Part shown: positions 9,529-19,846 of the stretch, piece after piece
How the letters are laid out: every line of letters starts with the position of its first letter
Position numbering within the stretch: the first letter of the stretch is position 1
From: Nannocystis bainbridge
Lineage (GTDB): Bacteria > Myxococcota_A > Polyangia > Nannocystales > Nannocystaceae
Direction: 5' to 3'
DNA: 64,000 nucleotides
NCBI RefSeq assembly: GCF_028368995.1
Contig: NZ_JAQNDL010000001.1
Coordinates: forward strand, 1,376,001-1,440,000
Made by a program: the position numbers and the translations under genes
The notes under the pieces: generated by a model
Seen by the model: the letters and a program-made list of their open reading frames with translations, nothing else
Told to the model about the DNA's origin: nothing
The model's database searches: none

Positions 9529-12500
9529 CTACGCCTCCTCGTCGCCCGCGTACGGCTGCGGCGCCAGGCCCAGGTCGGCCAGCACCGCGTACGCGGCCGG
9601 GATCACGATCAGCACCAGCACCGTCGACGCCGCCAGGCCGAACACGATCGACGCCGCCACCGGGATCAGCGACTGCGCGTGGCGGCTGGTCTCGAACATG
9701 ATCGGGAACAGCCCGGCGATCGTCGTCGCCGAGGTCAGCAGCACCGCGCGGAAGCGGTCGCGGCTGGCCTGCCCGGCCGCGGAGGTCGGCGAGTCGCCGC
9801 GGACCCGGGCCATGTTGATGAACTCCATCAGCAGGATCGAGTCGTTGACCACCACCCCGCAGATGGCGATGAGGCCGAAGATGCTCTGCGACGACAGCGG
9901 CATGCCCATCAGCAGGTGGCCCCAGATCACCCCGACGAACGCGAACGGGATCGCCAGCATGACGATGAGCGGCGCCACGAAGCTGCGGAACTGCAGGCTC
10001 AGCAGGGCGAACACCGCGAACAGCCCGATCATCATCCGCGTCAGCATCGAGCTCAGCGCCTCCGCCGACTGCTTGGCCGCCCCTCCGGCGGCCAGTCGGA
10101 CCTCCGGGAACTCGCGCTCGATCTCCGGCGCCGCCTCGGCCATGAAGCGGCTCATCAGCTCCGACGCGTTGGCCTCCTCCGCCGACACCCCGCCCGTCAC
10201 CGTCACGGTGCGCACGCTGTCGCGGCGGTTCAGGCGGGCGAAGCTGCTCGACAGCTCGATCGTCGCCAGCGACCCGAGCGGCATGTTGATCCCCGGCGCC
10301 ACCGTGATCGGCATCAGCTCGAGGTCGGCCATCGTGTCGCGGCCGCGCTGCTCGAGCTCGACGTACAGCTCGTAGTCCTCGCCGTGGGTGTGGAACGTCT
10401 GCACCGACACGCCCGTCAGCGCCGAGCGGACCTGCTGCGCCACCGCGCTGCCGGTCAGCCCGTGCGAGCCTGCCCCCGGGCGCAGGCGCACGCGCACCTG
10501 CTCGCTGCCCGGATCGAGGTTGTCGCCGACGTCGAACACCCCCGGGTTCTGCATGAACCACGCCTGGATCCGCTGCGACACCTCCTTCGCGCGCTCGAGG
10601 TCCTCGCTCTGGATCTCGACCTCGATCGCGTTGCCGGCCGGGCCGCCCCTGGTGCCCTCGGCGAACTTCGTCACCGCCGCGCTCGGCAGCGGCCCCGTCG
10701 CCTCGCGCCACGCCCGCGAGAACTTCTCGAGCGTGGTCGAGCGCTTCTCGATCCCGAGCAGGTCGACCGACACCGTCGCCAGGTGCGGCCCTGACTCGTC
10801 GGTCACGTCGGCGTTGTAGTTGAAGCGGGCCGACACGTTGCGGACCAGCGGCTGCTGCTCCGGCTGCTCCGGCGTCAGCGTGTCGTTCACCCGCCAGGCC
10901 GCGGCCACCACCCGATCGACCTCCTGCTGCGTGCGCTCCAGCGGCGCCCCTGGCGGCAGCGCCAGCCGGAATTCGGCCACGTCGCCCTCGGCCGCCGGGA
11001 ACGCCACGTAGCGCAGGCGCCCGCTCGACAGCATCCCGATCGAGCCGATCAGCAGCGCCACCATCAGCCCGAGCGTCGCCCAGCGGTGGCGCACCGCGAA
11101 ATCGACCGCCCCGCCGAGCCGGCGCTCGCGGAAGCGGGCGAACCCCGCGTCGAACCACACCCGCGCCTTGCTCTTCTGGTTGGGGTCGACGTCGCGGAAC
11201 GTGTGCGCCAGGTGGTTCGGCAGGATCAGGAACGCCTCGACCAGGCTGACCGCCAGCACCGCCACCAGCACGATCGGGATCACCTGCAGCACCCGGCCGA
11301 TCCGGCCCTCGATGCCCATCAGCGGCAGGAACACCGCCACCGTCGTCAGGAACGACGAGACGATCCCCGACGCGACCTCCTTGACCGAGTCGACCGCCGC
11401 GCGCATCGCCGACTCCCCGCGCTCGCGGTGGGCCGCGAAGTTCTCGGCCAGCACGATCGCGTCGTCCATCACCAGGCCGAGCGCGACCAGCATCCCCATC
11501 ATCGTCATCATGTTGATGGTCTGACCGAGCTGGCCGAGCACCCACAGCGACCCGAGCACCGACACCGGCAGGCCGACCGCGACCCAGAACGCCAGGCGCA
11601 CGTGGAAGAACAGCCACAGCGTCCCGAACACCAGCAGCAGCCCCTGCCACGCGTTCGTGAACAGCAGCCCGATCTGGTCCGACACCGCCGACGCCACGTT
11701 CTGCGTCAGCGTCAGCGTCACCCCGGTCGGCTTGCGCAGCTCCTGCTCGGCGATGAACCCCTCGATCGAGCCGAGCACGTCGAGGCTGTCCTGCCACGCC
11801 GTCTTCGTGACCCCGAGCGTGCACGCGCGCTCGCCGTTGAACTGCGTCTGCTCCTCCTCGATCGCGAACGTGTCTTCGATCCTCGCCACGTCCGCCAGCC
11901 GGATCTCCGCCCCCCCGGCCGCGCCCTTGACCACCAGCTCGGCGAGCGCCGACACCTCCGTGCGCTTGTCCGAGTAGCGGACCAGGATGTCGCCGCCGGC
12001 GCGCTCGATCGTCCCGATCGGGCTGTCCACGCTCTGGGCCTGGACCGCCGCCGCCACGTCCGCGACCGACAGCCCGTGGCGGGCCAGCGCCGACTGCTTG
12101 AGCTGGATCAGGATCTGGTGGGTCGAGAACCCCGCGATCGAGACCTGCGCCACGTGCTCGTCGCGCAGCAGCTCGCGCCGCAATTGCTCGCAGTAGAGCT
12201 TCAGGTCCTGGGCCGACATCGGCCCCGTGACCGCGATCGAGGCCACCGGCGCGCGGCGGGTCGCCGCCGCCACGATCGGCGGGTCGAGGTCCGGCGGCAG
12301 GTCGCGCAGCCCGTCGACCGCCGACTTGACGTCGGCCAGCACGTCGGCGAGCGGCACCTTGTCCTCGACGTCGATCGTGATCGACGCCGAGCCCTCGCGG
12401 GCCTGCGACGTCATCACCGCCACCCCGTCGAGCCCCGCGATCGCCTCCTCGATGCTCTGGACCAGCGTCTCGTCGACGATCTCCGCGTCGGCCCCGGGAT

Positions 12501-12645
12501 AGGCCGCGCTGATGCGGATCTGCGACGGCTCGAACTCCGGGTACGACTCGCGCCGGAGCCCCGGCAGCGCGACCATGCCGAGGATCACGCACACCAGCAT
12601 CAACAAGTTTGCGGCCGTCGGGTGCCGCGCGAAGTAGACGATCAC
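9529..12645 (-). CDS. RND (AcrB/AcrD/AcrF family) efflux permease
   Basis: 1038 aa; GLVMDDAIVLAEN, GVVVNDSILL and RFRAVLLTSATT motifs. Confidence 0.95.
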   Translation of the reverse strand: MIVYFARHPTAANLLMLVCVILGMVALPGLRRESYPEFEPSQIRISAAYPGADAEIVDETLVQSIEEAIAGLDGVAVMTSQAREGSASITIDVEDKVPLADVLADVKSAVDGLRDLPPDLDPPIVAAATRRAPVASIAVTGPMSAQDLKLYCEQLRRELLRDEHVAQVSIAGFSTHQILIQLKQSALARHGLSVADVAAAVQAQSVDSPIGTIERAGGDILVRYSDKRTEVSALAELVVKGAAGGAEIRLADVARIEDTFAIEEEQTQFNGERACTLGVTKTAWQDSLDVLGSIEGFIAEQELRKPTGVTLTLTQNVASAVSDQIGLLFTNAWQGLLLVFGTLWLFFHVRLAFWVAVGLPVSVLGSLWVLGQLGQTINMMTMMGMLVALGLVMDDAIVLAENFAAHRERGESAMRAAVDSVKEVASGIVSSFLTTVAVFLPLMGIEGRIGRVLQVIPIVLVAVLAVSLVEAFLILPNHLAHTFRDVDPNQKSKARVWFDAGFARFRERRLGGAVDFAVRHRWATLGLMVALLIGSIGMLSSGRLRYVAFPAAEGDVAEFRLALPPGAPLERTQQEVDRVVAAAWRVNDTLTPEQPEQQPLVRNVSARFNYNADVTDESGPHLATVSVDLLGIEKRSTTLEKFSRAWREATGPLPSAAVTKFAEGTRGGPAGNAIEVEIQSEDLERAKEVSQRIQAWFMQNPGVFDVGDNLDPGSEQVRVRLRPGAGSHGLTGSAVAQQVRSALTGVSVQTFHTHGEDYELYVELEQRGRDTMADLELMPITVAPGINMPLGSLATIELSSSFARLNRRDSVRTVTVTGGVSAEEANASELMSRFMAEAAPEIEREFPEVRLAAGGAAKQSAEALSSMLTRMMIGLFAVFALLSLQFRSFVAPLIVMLAIPFAFVGVIWGHLLMGMPLSSQSIFGLIAICGVVVNDSILLMEFINMARVRGDSPTSAAGQASRDRFRAVLLTSATTIAGLFPIMFETSRHAQSLIPVAASIVFGLAASTVLVLIVIPAAYAVLADLGLAPQPYAGDEEA

Positions 12646-14009
12646 GACGCCTCCCCGCGGGCCGCCCGCTGCAGCGCGGCCGTCCCCTCGTCATCGGCGC
12701 GCGGCGCCAGCAGCATCCCCGCCAGCGCCGGCACCAGGTCGGTCAGCACGATCTTGTCGCCGGCCTGCACCTCGCCGGTCACGCACACGTACTCCTCCTG
12801 CACCAGCGCCGCCTCGACCTTGCGCAGCTCGAGCTTGTCCTCCGCCCCGACCACGTACAGCGTCCCGTCGTGGTAGGCCGCGCGCGGCACCGCCAGGCAG
12901 TCGGGGCGCGGCGGCCCGCGCAGCTCGACCTCGACGTACAGCCCGCGGTTCAGCCGCGGCCCCTGCGGCGGTCCGCCGGCCTCGCGGTTGTCGTCGACCT
13001 GGACCACCGCGATCATCATCCGCGTGTTCGGATCGATGCCGCCGAACCTGCGGAACCGCCCCTTCCACGAGCGCTGCACGCCCTGGCCCTCGAGCCGCAC
13101 GATCGCCTCGATCGACTCCAGCCGCGACGGCCCACCCGGCGCCTGCTTCGTCTCCTCCGGCCGCCGCGGCGGCATCAGCGAGCCCAGGCTGCCGACCGGC
13201 ACCTGCGCCGGGATCTCGAACACGTCGATGCCGTCGCCGACGATCAGCGCCTGCCCGCCCGTCACCGCCTGCTCGAGCGCCGCGTTGACCTCGCGCAGCC
13301 GCATCGTGAACGGCGCCACGATCTCCGTCTTCGCCAGCTCGAGCTTGGTCGTCGCCACCCCCGCCTGCTGCTGCTCGAGCTGCGCCTCGAGCACGCGGCG
13401 GGTCGCCGGCAGCTCCCCGAGCGTGTTGCGGAACGTCTGCACCGTCTTCTCGGCGACGATGACCGCCTTCTCCGCCACCTCGACGTCGGTCAGCGGCGCC
13501 GCGCCCTGGTCGTAGAGCGAGCGCACCCGCGCCAGCTCGCCGCGGGCCAGCTCGAGCGAGCGCTCGTCGATCTTGAGGTTCGACGCCGCGCTGGCCTCGC
13601 GCGCCTTGATCTCCGCGATCTGGGCCCGCACCGCCTTCACCACCGCCTCCGAACGGCCTTGCTCGATCGCGTAGCTGCCCGGATCGATCTTCAGCAGCAC
13701 CGTGCCCTCTTGCACGATGCGCCCCGGCTCGAGCCGGTCCGCCACCTCCACCACCGTGCCCGACACCTGCGAGAGCGCCTGCCACTCGCGCTGGGCCTCG
13801 ACCGCGCCGTAGCCGACCACCCGCGGCACCACCTCGAGCGGCGCCAGCTCGAGCACGCGGACCGGACGGCCCTGCACCGCGGCGCTGCGCTGGCGCGGCG
13901 CCTCGCGGGAGGCTTGCAGCCAGGCGTACACGCCGACCCCGACCAGGACGAAGGCGACGAACGTGGCGACGCTGCGGAACAGGGGCTTGTCGTGCGTGGG
14001 AGTCGACAT
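12642..14009 (-). CDS. RND membrane fusion (periplasmic adaptor) protein
   Basis: N-terminal TM, lipoyl-like halves (QVSGTVVEV...IVAPF) and coiled hairpin; overlaps the RND permease start. Confidence 0.9.
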   Translation of the reverse strand: MSTPTHDKPLFRSVATFVAFVLVGVGVYAWLQASREAPRQRSAAVQGRPVRVLELAPLEVVPRVVGYGAVEAQREWQALSQVSGTVVEVADRLEPGRIVQEGTVLLKIDPGSYAIEQGRSEAVVKAVRAQIAEIKAREASAASNLKIDERSLELARGELARVRSLYDQGAAPLTDVEVAEKAVIVAEKTVQTFRNTLGELPATRRVLEAQLEQQQAGVATTKLELAKTEIVAPFTMRLREVNAALEQAVTGGQALIVGDGIDVFEIPAQVPVGSLGSLMPPRRPEETKQAPGGPSRLESIEAIVRLEGQGVQRSWKGRFRRFGGIDPNTRMMIAVVQVDDNREAGGPPQGPRLNRGLYVEVELRGPPRPDCLAVPRAAYHDGTLYVVGAEDKLELRKVEAALVQEEYVCVTGEVQAGDKIVLTDLVPALAGMLLAPRADDEGTAALQRAARGEAS

Positions 14010-14090
14010 GCGTCGACGCCGACTCTACACCGCCGCCGTCACCCGCAGTCGCGGCCGCGCCGGCGCTGGCGCCGCGATTACGTTCCCGTT

Positions 14091-14125
14091 ACAACATGTC
14101 CGAAGAATCATGTAGTGACATGCAC
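14091..14125. repeat. Short array of the 14-bp palindrome family
   Basis: CATG at 14095 and 14109 (14 bp), then 14119 (10 bp), upstream of the RND operon. Confidence 0.55.
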
Positions 14126-14333
14126 CGAGGAGGGCGAGGAGAATCCCTCACACCGAAGCGAGTCCCGGGCGAGAACTCTCCCCGACGCTCGACCCGCACG
14201 CCAGATTCTCCGCGCCGCGCGCCACCGCCCGCCCGAGATCGGCCCTCCTGCTGCCGCAGACCGCCGCCTCGGGCTCACCACCCGCGCCGTGCCCCGCTGC
14301 CGCGTTCACCGCCCGGCGATCGACCCAAACTAT

Positions 14334-14400
14334 TGTACATGTCCTCATGGACATGTTCTCGTGAGCATGTCCTCGTGAACATGCCCCATAGTACATACTC
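14334..14400. repeat. 14-bp-phased palindromic array
   Basis: Cores at 14338, 14352, 14366, 14380 and 14394, just beyond the stop of the minus-strand lipoprotein. Confidence 0.9.
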
Positions 14401-14406
14401 CGCCGG

Positions 14407-15354
14407 CTAGCGCTCGAAGCGGTGCCCGCAGTTCGCCGGCTTCATCCCGTTCTGCGGCGACCCGAGCCACAGGTCCTCGAGCACCAGCTGCTGCCCCTCG
14501 AGCTTGAACGTGCCCGCTCCGTCGACGTCGGCCGGCACGTAGTTGCCACCGGACGGCACGATCTCGAGCTCGCCCGTCGGCAGGTCGTACGTATAATCGG
14601 ACCAGTAGTCGAAGTAGATCTCGAACGGCAGCCACGTCACCCGTACCTCGCCGCTGGCGCGGAACCACAGCTCCTGGATCGCCACCTCCGGCGCCACCTC
14701 GACCCCGCCGCCGCACGGCAGCTGCGCGACCTCATGCCAAAGGCCGACGAATGGATTCGACTCCGGCGTGTACACGAACACGTCGGTCGTCAGCACCTTC
14801 GCCCCGTCCTCGACGTCGGCCGTGACCGTGAACGTCGCGCCCGGCGCCACGTCGGGCGCGATCGTCAGCTGCCCCGCGGCGTCGATCGAGGCGCCCTCGA
14901 CGGGGCTGATCGAGTAGGCCACACACGCCTCGACCGGCTGCTTGATATAACAACACTCGATCGCGCCGACCGACAGATCCAGCACATCGCCGGGCTTGCC
15001 CTCGTACGCCTGCCCGAACACGTTGAAGCCGAGCGTCATGAGCACCTCCGCGGCCAGCGGCGGCAGCTCGCACACCCCGTCGGTCGTCGCCTCCGTGCTC
15101 GCCTCCGTCGTCGCCGAGGTCACCTCATCCGTCGTCGGGCCCGTCGTCGTCGAGTTCGACGTCGTCGTCGTCGAAGTCGTCGAAGTCGTCGAAGTCGTCG
15201 GCGACGTCGAGCCCGCCGTCGTCGTGCCCTCGTCCGTCGCGGAGCTCGTCGTCGCGGACGTGCTGGCGGTCTCGGTCGCCCCGGTGTCGTCCCCGGAGCC
15301 TTGCGGACACCCGCCCACGACCAGCGCCGACATGAGGATCGCAGCTCGATGCAT
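14407..15354 (-). CDS. Lipoprotein with Thr/Ser-rich linker, unknown function
   Basis: MHRAAILMSALVVGGC lipobox, poly-Thr stretch, then a globular domain. Confidence 0.8.
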   Translation of the reverse strand: MHRAAILMSALVVGGCPQGSGDDTGATETASTSATTSSATDEGTTTAGSTSPTTSTTSTTSTTTTSNSTTTGPTTDEVTSATTEASTEATTDGVCELPPLAAEVLMTLGFNVFGQAYEGKPGDVLDLSVGAIECCYIKQPVEACVAYSISPVEGASIDAAGQLTIAPDVAPGATFTVTADVEDGAKVLTTDVFVYTPESNPFVGLWHEVAQLPCGGGVEVAPEVAIQELWFRASGEVRVTWLPFEIYFDYWSDYTYDLPTGELEIVPSGGNYVPADVDGAGTFKLEGQQLVLEDLWLGSPQNGMKPANCGHRFER

Positions 15355-15485
15355 GCCGCGACCCATACCACGCGAGCCCCGCGGTGTCGCGCGCACGATC
15401 GCCTATACCAGTGTGCATGGCCCCATGAGCCTCGTTTTGGCGCGATCGCACGATCCAGGTCAAACTCTCGCCCGGAGGAGTTCGC

Positions 15486-15899
15486 ATGCGTCGATCCCAA
15501 CCCACTGTCGGCCAGTACATGACCCGCGAGCCGCACGTCATCGACGGCGGCCTCAACCTCGTCGACACCTACACCCGGATGTTCCAGTTGCAGGTCCGGC
15601 ACCTGCCGGTCTACACCCAGGGTCACCTCGTCGGCATCGTCTCCGATCGCGACCTCGGCCACATCATGGCCACCCAGGGCCTCGACCCGCAGCACACCAC
15701 CGTCGAGGCGGTGTGCACCCCCGACCCCTACGTCTGCGACCCTGACGATCCGCTGGCGCACGTGGTCGCCGAGATGTCCCAGCGCAAGATCGGCGCCGCC
15801 CTCGTCATGCGCGGCGGTCAGCTCCACGGCATCTTCACCGTCGTCGACGCCCTCGAGGTCCTGTTGGTCCTGCTCAACGAGGAGCCGGCCGCCGCCTGA
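15486..15899 (+). CDS. CBS-domain protein
   Basis: VGQYMTREP, VRHLPV...LVGIVSDRDL and KIGAALV...GIFT; RBS GGAGGA. Confidence 0.92.
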   Translation: MRRSQPTVGQYMTREPHVIDGGLNLVDTYTRMFQLQVRHLPVYTQGHLVGIVSDRDLGHIMATQGLDPQHTTVEAVCTPDPYVCDPDDPLAHVVAEMSQRKIGAALVMRGGQLHGIFTVVDALEVLLVLLNEEPAAA

Positions 15900-16236
15900 T
15901 CGCGCCTGTCCCCACGGACATTCTTGTCATTGCAAGCGAGGCGCGCGTCGTTTCGCGCGCCTCGGTCTCGCGGCCCGCGGGGTCGCGCTGCGCCCACCTT
16001 TCGTCATTGTTGGGATCTCGTCCCGGCAGCAATCACGCGCCAGGCCTCGTCCACGCGCGCGAGCTCGCGGCCGTGGAGGCCGTAGCCCCCCACCGGTCGA
16101 GCTCGGCGAGCCGCCCGCGGGACCGGACACGACCGCATGATCATGGCCCGGACGCGATCGCGCGAGCGATCGCGATTCGCCGTGATGGCGCCGTTTTTCC
16201 CCGGCCCTGTTGACTCTGCAAGCGAATGCGGTTGCC

Positions 16237-17460
16237 ATGCGGGACATGCACAAGGTCAAGCTCCAGCTCGGCAGCGCCTCCGTACAGCTCGACGCCGGCA
16301 ACCCGCGCGTCCTCCTCGGCCGCGACCCGACCTGCGGCCTCCCCACCAGCGAGGTCAGCGTCTCGCGGCGCCACGCCGAGGTCGCGTTCGTCGGCGACCG
16401 GCTCGTCATCCGCGACATGGGTTCGTCGAACGGCACGTGGATCAACGGCGAGCCGGTGGGCGCCGACTCGCAGCCGCTGCAGCCGGGCCAGCAGGTGTTC
16501 CTCGGCCACATCCCGCTGCTCGTCGAGTGGATCGGCGGCGGTCAGGGCGGGGCCACGGTGCTCGGCGAGATGCCGGAGGAGCTCAAGGCGCTGATCGAGT
16601 CGCGCAAGCTGGCCAAGATGGCGCCGACCAGCCCGGTCGCGGCCACCGCCGCGGCCTTCCAGGACCCGCCGTCGCAGGGCGGGCCGATGAAGACGATGCT
16701 GGGGATCGGCGGGACCCTGGCGCCCAAGGCCGCCGACTACGCTTACCGGCGTCAGGGCTCCAACAACAACGGCGTGCTGCTGATCGCGCTGCGCGGCGAC
16801 ACCTTCACCAACGCCGCCCTCATCGACGGCTACCTCGAGTTCACCGCGCTCGACAACGAGACCGTCGCCTCGATCTTCGTCGAGCTGGTCGAGCACCACA
16901 AGCGCGGGCCCAAGAACGGCCACGTGTGGGACCGCGTGCTGGTGCGCCAGGGCCCGTGGCGGACCGCCAAGAACGAGGTCCTGCCGCTGACCTTCCAGCT
17001 GCGCGTGCCGCCGGGCACCTCGCCCTCGGGCCGCGACGTCCACTGGGAGGTCCGCGGTTACGTCGACATCGAGTGGGCCTACGACATCGCCGCTGCCAGC
17101 CCGATCACCGTCCGCAACCTCGACATCGAGAAGATCCGCGACGCCCTCGGCACCCTCGACTACCGCCTCGCCGAGCTCGACCCCGAGCCGCTCGGCCAGC
17201 GCTTCACCGGCAAGTTCCAGCCGCCGGTGCAGGCCCGCAAGGACTTCGGCATCACCGACATCAACCTCGCCGTCGAGTACCTCGGCGCCAACCTCCAGCT
17301 GTCCATGGAGGTCGAGAAGACCAGCCTCTTCAAGTTCGACAAGCAGACCAAGCTGGTGTTCGAGCTGGCGCAGTTCCGGGTCTCGACCACCCAGCAGCTG
17401 TCGCAGTTCCTGAGCGCCAAGATCGACGAGCTCATGGGCCGCGCCGAGGCGCAGTCTTGA
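16237..17460 (+). CDS. FHA domain fused to Spo0M-like (arrestin-fold) domain
   Basis: FHA motifs LGR, VSRRHA and DMGSSNGTWING. C-terminal part LPLTFQLRVPPGTSPS...VDIEWAYD resembles Spo0M. Confidence 0.7.
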   Translation: MRDMHKVKLQLGSASVQLDAGNPRVLLGRDPTCGLPTSEVSVSRRHAEVAFVGDRLVIRDMGSSNGTWINGEPVGADSQPLQPGQQVFLGHIPLLVEWIGGGQGGATVLGEMPEELKALIESRKLAKMAPTSPVAATAAAFQDPPSQGGPMKTMLGIGGTLAPKAADYAYRRQGSNNNGVLLIALRGDTFTNAALIDGYLEFTALDNETVASIFVELVEHHKRGPKNGHVWDRVLVRQGPWRTAKNEVLPLTFQLRVPPGTSPSGRDVHWEVRGYVDIEWAYDIAAASPITVRNLDIEKIRDALGTLDYRLAELDPEPLGQRFTGKFQPPVQARKDFGITDINLAVEYLGANLQLSMEVEKTSLFKFDKQTKLVFELAQFRVSTTQQLSQFLSAKIDELMGRAEAQS

Positions 17461-17562
17461 AGCACGAAGGCCCCCGCGAGCGACGCGGGGGCCGGGCCTG
17501 AAACGCGTCGGCCCCCCGCGTGCGTACGCGCGGAGGGCCGAGGCAGCGGGACCGGGTCTCGC

Positions 17563-18102
17563 TCAGGAGCAGGTCGAGAGGACGGCGATCTCGGCGCCCA
17601 TCTCCTCGCCGCAGTACCAGTTGTTGCCGTCCTCGTCGCAGCAACCCTGGCCGGTGAGGCCGGTGGTGGCGCACGCATCGCCCTCGACCAGGCCGGTCGG
17701 GCAAGCGATCGGGTTGGTGCCGTCCGGGTCCTCGCCCTCGAAGCCGCAGCTGTAGTAGTTGTCGCGCGGGCTCCAGCCGCACAGCGCACCACCGGTGTCG
17801 GTCGTGGTCGTGGTGGTCGTGGTGGTCGTCGTCGTCGCGTCGGTCGTCGTCGGCGCGGTGGTCGTCGGCGTCGTCTCGGTGCCGTCGGTCCCGTCGGAGT
17901 CCGTCGCGGTGCCGTCGGTCGAGTCGGTGCCCGCGGTCGTCTCGGTCGTCTCGGTCGTTTCGGTGCCGGCCGTGCCGTCGGTGGCGTCGGTCGTCGTGCC
18001 GAGGCTGGTAAAGTTCGTGTCGGTGCCGCCGGTGCTGATCACGCAGCCGGACATCGAACCGGCGACCAGCGCCGCGCCCAAGGTCATCTTGAATGAGTGC
18101 AT
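17563..18102 (-). CDS. Lipoprotein with Thr-rich stalk and small Cys-rich C-terminal domain
   Basis: MHSFKMTLGAALVAGSMSGC lipobox; poly-Thr; 8 Cys in the tail. Confidence 0.8.
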   Translation of the reverse strand: MHSFKMTLGAALVAGSMSGCVISTGGTDTNFTSLGTTTDATDGTAGTETTETTETTAGTDSTDGTATDSDGTDGTETTPTTTAPTTTDATTTTTTTTTTTTDTGGALCGWSPRDNYYSCGFEGEDPDGTNPIACPTGLVEGDACATTGLTGQGCCDEDGNNWYCGEEMGAEIAVLSTCS

Positions 18103-18184
18103 GGGCGGGACATAGCGGACCGGCGCGAACATCGTCAAGGTACCCGCCGAACCGGGGGCGCTCGCGTCCGCCCGCGGCGCTCGA

Positions 18185-19177
18185 TCAGCCTGTCCCTTCG
18201 GACAGCACAGTCCCCTCGACATCGCGCGTGACGTCGAGCCCGTCCCACACGATCGCGTCGCGCAGGCGCACACCGGGCGCGATCACGGCCCTGTCACCGA
18301 TCTGCACTCGTGGGCCCACGTGCGCCCCCGCGCCGATCACCGCGCCCTCGCCGATCCACGCCGCCGGATCGACGTGCGCCCCCGCACCGATCGTCGCGCT
18401 CGCGGCCACGCCCCGCAGGTGCCGCTCCGCGAACGGCAGGCGCACCCGGCCCTCGAGCACGTTGGCCACGCCTTGCAGGTAGCGCTGCACCGTCGAGTGC
18501 TCCCACCAATAATCGCGGGTCACCACGCCGGCGAGGCCTGTGCCGCTGTGGAACAGCTCGGTATACGCCGTGCGGATCACGCACTGCGGCCCTTGCGGAG
18601 GGATGCGGTCCAAGAACCGCGGCTCGAGGACATGAACCCCCGTGAACATCAGCGGCTCGGCCGCCTCGGCGCCGGGCCTGTGCGCCCCGAGCAAACCCAC
18701 GACCTGCCCGGCCGCGTCGACGCGCAGACTGCCCCAGCGCTCGGCCTCGGGGTCGGGGCGCAGCACCATCGTCGCCTCGGCCCCGGCCGCGCGGTGCGTC
18801 GCCAGCACGCGCGCCAGCTCGAGCTCGAGCAAGATCTTGCCGTTGACGACCACGATCGGCCTGCCGCTGCCGTCGTCGAGCAGGTGCCTCGCGTGACGCA
18901 GCGCGCCACCTGTCCCGAGGATCTCCCCGTCCTCGCGCGAATAGGCGATCGCCATCCCGAGCTTCGACCCGTCGCCGAGCTCGGCCTCGATCTGCTCGCC
19001 GAGGTGATGCAGGTTGACCACCACCTCGCGCACTCCTTGCGAGCGCAACCACAGCGCCACCCAGCGGACCAGGGGCGTGCCGCACACCGGCAACATCGGC
19101 TTCGGGCGCAAGCCACTGAGATCGCCGAGGCGTGTGCCGAGGCCGGCGGCGAGGATCATCGCGCGCGGAGCGTTCAT
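18185..19177 (-). CDS. Sugar-phosphate nucleotidyltransferase (mannose-1-P guanylyltransferase/MurU-like) with LbH hexapeptide tail
   Basis: AMILAAGLGTRL...PKPMLPV and ILGTGGAL motifs; hexapeptide repeats at the C-terminus. Confidence 0.9.
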   Translation of the reverse strand: MNAPRAMILAAGLGTRLGDLSGLRPKPMLPVCGTPLVRWVALWLRSQGVREVVVNLHHLGEQIEAELGDGSKLGMAIAYSREDGEILGTGGALRHARHLLDDGSGRPIVVVNGKILLELELARVLATHRAAGAEATMVLRPDPEAERWGSLRVDAAGQVVGLLGAHRPGAEAAEPLMFTGVHVLEPRFLDRIPPQGPQCVIRTAYTELFHSGTGLAGVVTRDYWWEHSTVQRYLQGVANVLEGRVRLPFAERHLRGVAASATIGAGAHVDPAAWIGEGAVIGAGAHVGPRVQIGDRAVIAPGVRLRDAIVWDGLDVTRDVEGTVLSEGTG

Positions 19178-19419
19178 GACGCCGCACCATAGCAACGCCC
19201 GATCGGGCCCCCAAGGAATCGGCTGGAACTGCGTCCGTCGGCTCGCTGCGCCCCGCGAGGGGCCGCCCGCAACACGCCCGCCGAGCTCGCCGGGCGGCCT
19301 CCTCGCCGCGCCGGTGGTGTCGCCCGGTTCGCCCACGCGGCGCGGCGCGAACGGGGCCTCGCGGCTGCTCGGTCCGCCGCGAGCTTGCGCCGCGCGCCGA
19401 GATCCGCGAGGATGACGAC

Positions 19420-19770
19420 GTGCAAGCGCCGCCTCCCGTAGAGGTCGACGAAGCCGAACTGCTCGCGCGTCTCGGCGGTCGCCGAGACCTCCTGGCGATG
19501 CTGGTCGGCCTCTTTTCTGCCGATCTGCCGCAGATCCACGACGAATTCTGCGCCGCGCTCGCGGCCGGTGACGCCGGCGCGGTGCGACGCATCGCCCACC
19601 GCGTGGTCGGCACCCTCGCCAACCTCTCGGGCGGCCCGCTGCTCGAATACGGCCGCGACATCGAGGAGCTGGCGGTCCCCGAGAACCTGCCGACCCTCGG
19701 CCCGCGGATCGACGCCTTCCGCGCCGCCCTCGACCAGCTCGAGCAGCGCCTGCGCCAGGCGTTCGGCTGA
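19420..19770 (+). CDS. Hpt (histidine phosphotransfer) domain protein
   Basis: RLGGRRDLL...F...D...AHRVVGTLANLSG pattern. Confidence 0.8.
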   Translation: MQAPPPVEVDEAELLARLGGRRDLLAMLVGLFSADLPQIHDEFCAALAAGDAGAVRRIAHRVVGTLANLSGGPLLEYGRDIEELAVPENLPTLGPRIDAFRAALDQLEQRLRQAFG

Positions 19771-19771
19771 C

Positions 19772-19846
19772 CCTGTCCGAACGGTCATGTCCCGCTGGAC
19801 ATGCCCGCTCGGCCATGACCCTTCGGTCATGTCTGCCAGAACAGCT
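19772..19846. repeat. 14-bp-phased palindromic array
   Basis: Cores at 19772, 19786, 19800, 19814, 19828 and 19842, filling the gap between convergent genes. Confidence 0.88.

Noticed and set aside
15100-15260. (GTC)n-rich tracts here and at about 17800-18000 as DNA repeat elements
   Set aside because: Explained by Thr-rich linkers of minus-strand lipoproteins.
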